A stretch of DNA of 32,000 bases. Origin: an uncultured Erysipelotrichaceae bacterium (lineage in GTDB: Bacteria; Bacillota_I; Bacilli_A; Erysipelotrichales; Erysipelotrichaceae). Made by a program: the position numbers and the translations under genes. The notes beneath the pieces are model-generated. The model had not been told where the DNA came from and ran no database searches. It saw nothing but the letters and a program-made list of their open reading frames with translations. This document shows, one piece after another, positions 9,050-15,511 of this stretch. The DNA lies in assembly GCA_942492995.1 (NCBI GenBank), contig OW818653.1:540001-572000 (forward strand), in the 5' to 3' direction. How positions within the stretch are numbered: the first letter of the stretch is position 1; every line of letters starts with the position of its first letter.

Positions 9050-9762
9050 TGATTATTGAACTTCTATATCCAAGTGTTTCTGCACTTTATGGTGAAAAAG
9101 GGAATATCGACTATTTAAAAAAAGCATTTAAAGATGCGATTTTTATTGAAACAGAAATGAATGATGTTCCGTATTTTGTAAGTAATAAAGTTGATCTTGT
9201 ATTTATGGGACCAACTACAGAACGATTTCAATCAATTATTATTGATAAACTACTTCCTTATAAAAATATTATTCAAAATAAGATTAATAATAACGATTAT
9301 TTCTGGATAACAGGGAATGCATTAGAAGTTTTTGGTTCATATATTATTGATGATAATGGGATTAGAATACCAGCTTTAGATATCTTCCCATTCTATAGTA
9401 AACAAGATTTAATGCGTCGATTTAATTCGTATGTACTTGCGACCATTAATGGTTTAGAAGTTGTTGGGTTTAAAAGCCAATTTACTACGGTACATCCAAT
9501 TGAAGAATTACCCGTATGGATGTGTATGGTAAGAGGAATAGGGTTTAATAAAGACAATGGTTTTGAGGGAATTAAGAAGAATAATTTCTATGGAACACAT
9601 TGTTTAGGTCCATTCTTAATTCTAAATCCAATATTTACAAAACAATTATTTAAATCTCTCGGTTATGGTGAGGATAAGATACCATTTGAAGATGACTTAA
9701 TGGCTGCGTATGTTCAAAGAGTAAAAGAGTTTAAGGATGAAAAAAACATTAACTATGCTTAA
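9049..9762 (+). CDS. GatD-like (CobB/CobQ-type glutamine amidotransferase fold) protein, apparently lacking the catalytic Cys and His
   Basis: It is collinear by eye with S. aureus GatD (LY...GN, DLVFMG, W-I-T-G-N-A-L-E-V-F-G at the I-C-G-G-Y-Q-F-L-G position, VVGFKSQ, EGIKKNNFYGTHCLGPFL). It is translationally coupled to murT. Thr88 (9310-9312) sits where the nucleophile Cys is expected, and Leu186 (9604-9606) where the His is expected. Confidence 0.7.
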   Translation: MIIELLYPSVSALYGEKGNIDYLKKAFKDAIFIETEMNDVPYFVSNKVDLVFMGPTTERFQSIIIDKLLPYKNIIQNKINNNDYFWITGNALEVFGSYIIDDNGIRIPALDIFPFYSKQDLMRRFNSYVLATINGLEVVGFKSQFTTVHPIEELPVWMCMVRGIGFNKDNGFEGIKKNNFYGTHCLGPFLILNPIFTKQLFKSLGYGEDKIPFEDDLMAAYVQRVKEFKDEKNINYA

Positions 9763-9849
9763 TGTTTAATAATTATATTTGGAAGATGTGAATTAAGAGA
9801 ATTTATATTTAGTTAGATGTATAATCTAATCGGTAAGAGGGAAAATAGT

Positions 9850-11061
9850 ATGTATAATACGAAAGAAGTTTCAAAAGGTTTATATTGGGTTGGCGGAAAT
9901 GATAGACGTTTACAACGCTTTGAGAATTTATTTCCATTGCGTTTTGGAGTATCCTATAACTCGTTTTTGATTATAGATGAAAAGACATGTTTATTAGATA
10001 CTGTAGATAGTTCAATTAGTCAGTTATTCATTGATAATATTGAACATGTATTAAATGGTAGAACATTAGATTATTTAGTTGTGAATCATATGGAACCAGA
10101 TCATTGTGGGAATATTGAGAATATTATTCGTCGCTATCCTGATGTAAAGTTCATTGGAAATGCGAAAACATTTCAATTCTTTGAACAATTTTATGCGTTT
10201 GATGCGAGTAAGAATTATAAAGTTGTTAAAGATGGCGAAGAACTAAATCTAGGTTCACGTTCACTAAGATTTTATACAGCCCCAATGGTACATTGGCCTG
10301 AAGTTATGATGACACTCGATTTTACGAATCATATCTTGTTCTCTGCAGATGCGTTTGGTACATTTGGAGCACATAATGGAACGTATTTTGCGGATGAGAT
10401 GGATTATCGTAGAGATTATTTAGATGAAGCTAGACGTTATTATTCGAATATCGTTGGTAAGTTTGGAACACCTGTACAAGGGATTATGCGAAAATTATCC
10501 AATGAAGTTATTGAAATGATTTGTCCATTACACGGACCTATTTATCGAAATGATGAATTAGCTTTGATTCTAGATAAATATGATAAATGGTCAAAATATA
10601 TTCCTGAAACGCATAGTGCTTTAATTATTTACGCAACGATGTACAATAACACAGAAAATATAGCGGATAACTTAGCAACGAGACTCGGTGAATATGGAGT
10701 TCGTGATATGCGTGTGTATGATGTGTCAGAATTTGATCCTTCATATTTAGTATCTGAAGCATGGAAGTATAGTCATATTGTTATTGCAACACCTACATAT
10801 AATACGAATGTATTTTACAAGATTTATAATTTATTGCATGAATTAGCGAGTCTTAATCTACAAAATAGAAAATTCTCAATTATCGTAAATTCTACTTGGG
10901 GCGGTACAACTTTAGAAACAATACAATCATTATTAGAAAAGATGAAAAATGTTGAAATTATTGGCGAACCACTTATGGTTAAATCAACATTACGCGATCA
11001 TAATTTATTGGAATTAGATGCATTGGCTAAAGATATTGCGAATTCGATTTTGAATAAATAA
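9850..11061 (+). CDS. flavodiiron protein (metallo-beta-lactamase-like diiron domain plus flavodoxin domain; O2/NO reductase family)
   Basis: Diiron ligand motif VNHMEPDHCG and flavodoxin-like segment LIIYATMYNNTENIA. I prefer the ATG at 9850 (AAGAGGGAAAA RBS; MYNTKEVSKGLYWVGG is a typical N-terminus) over the tracked start at 9817. Confidence 0.85.
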   Translation: MYNTKEVSKGLYWVGGNDRRLQRFENLFPLRFGVSYNSFLIIDEKTCLLDTVDSSISQLFIDNIEHVLNGRTLDYLVVNHMEPDHCGNIENIIRRYPDVKFIGNAKTFQFFEQFYAFDASKNYKVVKDGEELNLGSRSLRFYTAPMVHWPEVMMTLDFTNHILFSADAFGTFGAHNGTYFADEMDYRRDYLDEARRYYSNIVGKFGTPVQGIMRKLSNEVIEMICPLHGPIYRNDELALILDKYDKWSKYIPETHSALIIYATMYNNTENIADNLATRLGEYGVRDMRVYDVSEFDPSYLVSEAWKYSHIVIATPTYNTNVFYKIYNLLHELASLNLQNRKFSIIVNSTWGGTTLETIQSLLEKMKNVEIIGEPLMVKSTLRDHNLLELDALAKDIANSILNK

Positions 11062-11064
11062 GTT

Positions 11065-11086
11065 AAAAGCGGATTTCTCCGCTTTT
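11065..11086. terminator. bidirectional intrinsic terminator shared by the convergent flavodiiron and rubredoxin genes
   Basis: AAAAGCGGA (11065-11073), loop TTTC, then TCCGCTTTT (11078-11086). The A-run and T-run flanks give a U-tract in either orientation. It lies in the 29-nt gap between the two stop codons. Confidence 0.75.
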
Positions 11087-11090
11087 ATTA

Positions 11091-11252
11091 TTAATCTATT
11101 GGTGTGAAACTAGTTTTGTCTACGCCACAAAGTGGGCAGTACCAATCATCAGGAATATCCTCGAAGGCTGTTCCAGGAGCAATTCCGCTATCTGGATCTC
11201 CTACGGCTGGATCATAGATATAATCACAAGCCATGCATGCATATTTTTTCAT
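11091..11252 (-). CDS. rubredoxin (53 aa); absent from the supplied ORF track
   Basis: Hand translation of the reverse strand gives [53 protein letters not shown]. It has two CxxC pairs (C6/C9, C39/C42) and the classic DDW.CP.CG and GxPxxGxxPGT rubredoxin signatures. AAAGGAAG RBS lies 8 nt upstream. The stop is followed by a hairpin shared with the flavodiiron gene. Confidence 0.88.
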   Translation of the reverse strand: MKKYACMACDYIYDPAVGDPDSGIAPGTAFEDIPDDWYCPLCGVDKTSFTPID

Positions 11253-11277
11253 GAATATCTTCCTTTCTTATAGATAA

Positions 11278-11286
11278 ATTATAACA
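11278..11286 (-). promoter_or_regulatory. putative extended -10 promoter for the rubredoxin gene
   Basis: The reverse strand reads TGTTATAAT (TGnTATAAT), about 25 nt upstream of the rubredoxin ATG and just upstream of its RBS. Confidence 0.35.
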
Positions 11287-11324
11287 AAATATAGATTACA
11301 ATACATATGAAATAAAGGGAAAAA

Positions 11325-11333
11325 TGGTATACT
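11325..11333 (+). promoter_or_regulatory. putative extended -10 promoter for the DUF1287-like gene, leaderless geometry
   Basis: TGGTATACT (TGnTATACT), with the -10 hexamer ending 6 nt before the A of the ATG at 11340. No SD lies in between. Confidence 0.35.
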
Positions 11334-11339
11334 ATTGCC

Positions 11340-12008
11340 ATGTCATACATAAAAAAACATAAAAAGAGAAAACTTAGAGTACAATGGGTAATTTTGTTGT
11401 TCGTTTTATTAGTATCATCAATCCTATTGTATACATATTTGAATCGTCCAATTGATGAAGAACCAATTGTAAATGAACCAATTGAAGAAGTTACTGTTCT
11501 TACTCCCATTGAGAAATTAATCCTTGGTGCACGTAAGGATGCTTTAGCAATGCCTGAGTACATTAGTGCATATTATGCTGGGGGATATCCACCTGATAAT
11601 GAAGGTACATGTACGGATTTAGTTTGGCGAGCATTTAAAGAAGCTGGTATTTTACTTAAAGATTTAGTTGATCAAGATATTATTGATAATCGATCTAATT
11701 ATACTAAAATTGCCTATCGTGATCCTAACATTGATTTTAGACGTGTTCAAAATTTAACCGTTTATTTTCAAAATCATGCTCAAGTTTTAACGAACGATAT
11801 TTATGAAACAAGCGAATGGAAAACCGGAGATATCGTAGTATTTGGAGATGATGAACATATTGGGATTGTCTCTGATATTCGCAATGAAAATGATATTCCG
11901 TATTTAATTCATAACAATGATCAACCTCTACGTGAAGAAGATCGTTTAGAATATGGTTATTACACGATGGGTGTAACAGGACATTATCGTTTTGATTTCG
12001 GCCAATAA
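11340..12008 (+). CDS. DUF1287-like protein with an N-terminal signal anchor
   Basis: A basic N-terminus followed by a hydrophobic helix (WVILLFVLLVSSILLY). GTCTDLVWRAFKEAGI, DPNIDFRRVQNL and GDIVVFG..EHIGIVS resemble the DUF1287 (NlpC/P60-like fold) signature. No SD precedes the ATG. Confidence 0.6.
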   Translation: MSYIKKHKKRKLRVQWVILLFVLLVSSILLYTYLNRPIDEEPIVNEPIEEVTVLTPIEKLILGARKDALAMPEYISAYYAGGYPPDNEGTCTDLVWRAFKEAGILLKDLVDQDIIDNRSNYTKIAYRDPNIDFRRVQNLTVYFQNHAQVLTNDIYETSEWKTGDIVVFGDDEHIGIVSDIRNENDIPYLIHNNDQPLREEDRLEYGYYTMGVTGHYRFDFGQ

Positions 12009-13158
12009 TTATAAAAAAAATATTAATCGTAATTATCTGTTTGAGTTTTTTACAAGTTTGAATTTTACCCAGATAATTTGGATGACATATTTCGCATATA
12101 AAGGTTTAACATTAGTAGAAATCGGTCTTGCCGAGAGTATTTTTCATATGAGTTCGCTTGTTATGGAAATTCCAACAGGGGCAATTGCGGATTTATATGG
12201 TCGAAAAGTAAGTCGTTTGTTAGGTGTTATCGCTAAAATTGTTTATTTAACGACTCTCATATTTGTGAATTCCTTTGTGTTAGCGGCTTTTGCGATGTTC
12301 TTAGCCGCTCTTTCATACAACTTAGAATCAGGTGCAGATACTGCGTTTGTTTATGATACACTCGTTGATAATAATGCGGTAGATTCATTTACTCAGATTC
12401 AAGGTAATCGTGAAGTAGTTTTACAAGTGTCATCACTGATAGGTATTTTTATCGGTGGTTTTATTGCGGAGAGAAGTTATACTTATGCAATTTTAGCTGC
12501 GATTCTCGTGTTTGTAGTTTCGTTTATGATAGGTAGTACGTTAGTTGAACCCAAACAACGAACAAAAGAGGAAAGACCAAGTTTTAAACATCATTTAGTA
12601 TTAAGTTATCAGGAGATAATCAAGCAACCTAAATTAATTGTATTAATGATTTTTGGATCACTCCTATTAACTTCATTAATTACAGCGCATTACTATATTA
12701 GTATTTATTGGCTTAATAAAGGTGTTTCGTTGACACTTATATCTTTCTGGTTTATGATTCAAAGTTCAGGTTCGATTCTTGGTGGATTAACTGTAAGTAA
12801 ACTAATCAAAACAAATCATACTGTTTGGGTTAAGGGAATTGGTATTGCCATATCATTGTGTTTGTGGGTTATCATTCATCCTAATTTAGGGTTCTATGCA
12901 TTATTTCTATTAGGATTTTTAGATTCATTATTGTATGTCACATTAATGCATATAATAAATGAATCAATTCAAAGTCATCAAAGAGCAACCTTGCTTTCAG
13001 TTAATAGTATGTTTTTCAGTGTTGTGATGATTGTTATATTTCCATTATTTGGGTACATTGCGGAACTTACGAATTTAAGTACAACGTTTAGTATTTTAGC
13101 TGTTTTTACGGGTGTAATCGCTTTAATTCTAACATTTATGAATATTAAACATATTTAG
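11992..13158 (+). CDS. major facilitator superfamily transporter
   Basis: About 12 hydrophobic segments, with an MFS loop 2-3 motif GAIADLYGRKVSR. The start is uncertain: the only in-frame start upstream of TM1 is the TTG at 11992, which overlaps the preceding gene by 17 nt. Confidence 0.7.
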   Translation: MISANNYKKNINRNYLFEFFTSLNFTQIIWMTYFAYKGLTLVEIGLAESIFHMSSLVMEIPTGAIADLYGRKVSRLLGVIAKIVYLTTLIFVNSFVLAAFAMFLAALSYNLESGADTAFVYDTLVDNNAVDSFTQIQGNREVVLQVSSLIGIFIGGFIAERSYTYAILAAILVFVVSFMIGSTLVEPKQRTKEERPSFKHHLVLSYQEIIKQPKLIVLMIFGSLLLTSLITAHYYISIYWLNKGVSLTLISFWFMIQSSGSILGGLTVSKLIKTNHTVWVKGIGIAISLCLWVIIHPNLGFYALFLLGFLDSLLYVTLMHIINESIQSHQRATLLSVNSMFFSVVMIVIFPLFGYIAELTNLSTTFSILAVFTGVIALILTFMNIKHI

Positions 13159-13160
13159 TT

Positions 13161-13189
13161 TTGACAGTCTATTTACGCTATGCCATAAT
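13161..13189 (+). promoter_or_regulatory. putative promoter for the aminotransferase gene
   Basis: Consensus TTGACA (13161-13166), a 17-nt spacer, then CATAAT (13184-13189). An AAGGAGAA RBS and the ATG at 13212 follow. Confidence 0.5.
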
Positions 13190-13211
13190 AAGCAATATTA
13201 AGGAGAATACT

Positions 13212-14363
13212 ATGTTAAATCGTGTCAATCATCAAGTACTTAAGTTTAAGAAAAGCGGAATTCGTAAATTCGCAGAAGCTGCGGCTAAAATAGATGGTGT
13301 TGTATCTCTTACAATTGGAGAACCAGAATTTGATACGGAATTAAACATAAAAAATGCCGCAAAGAAAGCGTTGGATGATAACTATACACATTATCCATCT
13401 GGGCAAGGAATTCTTCAATTAAGACAAGCAATTGCGGATTTTGAAGCTAAAAGTAATGCGATGCATTATACAGCCGATGAAGTAATTGTGACTAATGGTT
13501 CAACAGAAGGTTTAGCATCAACTTTTTTAGCACTTCTAAATGAAGGTGACGAAGTTGTTATTCCAGCTCCAATGTATGTTACATATTTACCGATGATAGA
13601 ATATTGTAAAGCTAAATTGATCCCATTGGATACGACTAAATATAATTTCCAGATTGATGAAGACGCATTAAATGCATGTGTTAATGAGCATACTAAATTA
13701 ATCGTAATAACATCACCCAATAATCCAACTGGTGTTGTACTAAATAAAGAAAGCTTAGATGCGGTTAAGAATGTTGCGAAGAAAAATGATATCTTCATTT
13801 TAAGTGATGATGTTTATCATCAACTTGTGTATACTGATAATTTTGAGAAATTAAGTGATGATGAAAGTATTCGTCATTTATTGATTGTTGCTCAAAGTTA
13901 TTCAAAACCATATGCAATGACAGGGTGGAGAATTGGATATTTAATGGCGGATCAACCGATTGCGGCTCATATCAATTCAATTCATAGTTATCTTGTAACA
14001 GGTATTACGAGCTTCATTCAAGTTGCTGCGATAGAAGCGCTTAATCAAGATACAAGTGAAATTAAACGTGTATATTTTAATCGTTTGATTAAATGTAAAG
14101 AAATGTTGGATAGCGCAAATATTCAATATGTAAATCCAGAAGGAGCGTTTTATCTTTTTATTAATGTCGCAGAATTTGGATTTAAGAGTGAAGATTTCTG
14201 TTTAAAAGCACTTCATGAATATAAAGTTGCGTTAGTACCTGGTGTATATTTTAGTGAATTTACGGATAATTACATTCGTATATCATATGCAGTTAAAGAA
14301 GATGATTTATATGAAGGTATTAATCGACTTATTAAAATGGTTCAAGATTTAAGACAATGTTAA
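13212..14363 (+). CDS. pyridoxal-phosphate-dependent aminotransferase, class I/II
   Basis: SLTIGEPEFDT, NPTGVV and PLP-lysine motif SYSKPYAMTGWRIGY. The ATG at 13212 has an AAGGAGAA RBS. The tracked TTG start at 13161 coincides with a consensus -35 hexamer. Confidence 0.85.
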   Translation: MLNRVNHQVLKFKKSGIRKFAEAAAKIDGVVSLTIGEPEFDTELNIKNAAKKALDDNYTHYPSGQGILQLRQAIADFEAKSNAMHYTADEVIVTNGSTEGLASTFLALLNEGDEVVIPAPMYVTYLPMIEYCKAKLIPLDTTKYNFQIDEDALNACVNEHTKLIVITSPNNPTGVVLNKESLDAVKNVAKKNDIFILSDDVYHQLVYTDNFEKLSDDESIRHLLIVAQSYSKPYAMTGWRIGYLMADQPIAAHINSIHSYLVTGITSFIQVAAIEALNQDTSEIKRVYFNRLIKCKEMLDSANIQYVNPEGAFYLFINVAEFGFKSEDFCLKALHEYKVALVPGVYFSEFTDNYIRISYAVKEDDLYEGINRLIKMVQDLRQC

Positions 14364-14851
14364 AATATTTTCAGTCGTTTTTATTTGTTATTTTGGTTCA
14401 ATTATGCGCAAATATAATTTTTGCGTTATTTACAATATTCTTGAATTTGGATATAACACAGATTTTTAATGATTATAATTTTGCGTTTATTGTTCAAAAT
14501 ATAATTATTATATTAATCTATTTTATACTTACCCTTGGATGGGGATTATATTTTAAGAATAGTTATAAATTTAGTTTTAAAGCGCGTATATTAGGAAGCA
14601 TTTTGTTGATCGCGTATTTAATTTCGTTCTACTTAAGTATTAATGATCTAAATTTCTTTAAATATTTCTTATACATACATTATCCAATTGGATCTTTATT
14701 TAGAACAGTCGTATTCTCTTCGTTTACTTTAGTAATAAGAATAAGTTTATTGATTTCTATTATTAGTGCATGTTTTGGAGTCTATCTTGGACATAGAGTA
14801 ATCGTAATACGAGTTAAATTAAAAAAGAAGAGTTTATCTTCTTCCAAATAA
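14357..14851 (+). CDS. hypothetical polytopic membrane protein
   Basis: Four to five hydrophobic segments and a Lys-rich C-terminus. The ATG overlaps the aminotransferase stop (ATGTTAA). I recognise no family, and very AT-rich coding makes this call weaker. Confidence 0.45.
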   Translation: MLKYFQSFLFVILVQLCANIIFALFTIFLNLDITQIFNDYNFAFIVQNIIIILIYFILTLGWGLYFKNSYKFSFKARILGSILLIAYLISFYLSINDLNFFKYFLYIHYPIGSLFRTVVFSSFTLVIRISLLISIISACFGVYLGHRVIVIRVKLKKKSLSSSK

Positions 14852-15463
14852 GATTGATCCAAGTCTAAATATTGTTGATCCTTCTGTATATGCAATTTTA
14901 TAATCACTCGACATGCCCATTGATAACTCTGTTATATCTGGGTATTTTTTTTGTGTTTCATCGAGTAGTAATTTAGCTTGATTAAACACGTTTCTAATTT
15001 CAATATCATTATCTGTATTTGGTCCTATAATCATAAATCCTCTACATCTAATATTATTAAGTGAATGTGCGTACTCGATTAACTCATTAACTTCATCTGG
15101 ATTTATGCCTGATTTAGTTTCTTCATTTGTAAATTTAACTTGGATTAATACATTCATGGTTTTATTTAGTTTTAAACATTCTCTATTTATTAGTGATAAA
15201 AGTTTAATTGAATCGACAGAATCTATCCAAGTGGCTATTTTAGATACATCTTTTACTTTGTTGGATTGAAGATGACCGATGAAGTGCCAGATGATTTCTT
15301 TATTACAATCTTGTTTACTCAACAATTCTTGAACTTTATTTTCTCCGAAATGTCTAAATCCATTATTAAATACGGTTTGAATCGCATCACAATCAAACGT
15401 TTTACTAACAGCTACAATCTCATGTAAATTTGGATACTGTTCAATTAAATCAGTGTATTTCAT
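14834..15463 (-). CDS. yggS: YggS-family pyridoxal-phosphate homeostasis protein (alanine-racemase N-terminal fold)
   Basis: PLP-lysine motif IVAVSKTF, then FGENKVQEL, WHFIGHLQSNK, LSMGMSSDY and C-terminal FRLGSILFG. Confidence 0.85.
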   Translation of the reverse strand: MKYTDLIEQYPNLHEIVAVSKTFDCDAIQTVFNNGFRHFGENKVQELLSKQDCNKEIIWHFIGHLQSNKVKDVSKIATWIDSVDSIKLLSLINRECLKLNKTMNVLIQVKFTNEETKSGINPDEVNELIEYAHSLNNIRCRGFMIIGPNTDNDIEIRNVFNQAKLLLDETQKKYPDITELSMGMSSDYKIAYTEGSTIFRLGSILFGRR

Positions 15464-15511
15464 TGTTATTCACTTTCTGTTTCGTGATAAACTCTAATTA
15501 GAGGTATACTT

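Noticed and set aside
9763-9816. AT-rich near-palindrome TTTAATAATTATATT and a TGTGAA half-site upstream of the flavodiiron gene, considered as a PerR/Fur box or Rex box
   Set aside because: Compared position by position with TTATAAT-N-ATTATAA and TTGTGAA-N6-TTCACAA, the matches are poor: four or more mismatches per half-site, and no second Rex half-site. Such strings arise readily in AT-rich spacers.
9817-9849. N-terminal extension of the flavodiiron protein (MYNLIGKRENS)
   Set aside because: The extension contains the RBS (AAGAGGGAAAA) for the ATG at 9850 and overlaps a TATAAT element at 9820-9825. Flavodiiron proteins normally begin close to the ...V..G.YWVG motif.
11324-11362. 12-codon upstream ORF (MVYYCHVIHKKT) overlapping the DUF1287-like gene start
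   Set aside because: AAAGGGA lies only about 4 nt from its ATG, which is poor spacing. The peptide has no recognisable features. I keep it only as a caveat to the leaderless interpretation.
11279-11563. 94-aa reverse-strand ORF covering the rubredoxin/DUF1287 divergent promoter region
   Set aside because: It overlaps the DUF1287-like CDS in antisense and the intergenic promoter region. Its low-complexity sequence and the real small gene next door (rubredoxin, 11091-11252) explain the region better.
13161-13211. N-terminal extension of the aminotransferase from the TTG at 13161 (MTVYLRYAIISNIKENT...)
   Set aside because: The TTG is part of a consensus TTGACA -35 box with a 17-nt spacer to CATAAT. 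The ATG at 13212 has a strong AAGGAGAA RBS and gives a typical aminotransferase N-terminus.
13466-13798. 110-aa reverse-strand ORF inside the aminotransferase gene. The same class includes 1370-1564, 1980-2294, 3764-4009, 17158-17409, 17375-17572, 19126-19389, 20545-20748, 22392-22595 and 28841-29026.
   Set aside because: All are antisense to, or embedded in, well-supported genes. None has ribosome-binding sites or recognisable motifs. They are expected by chance in an AT-rich genome, where stop codons are depleted opposite coding frames.
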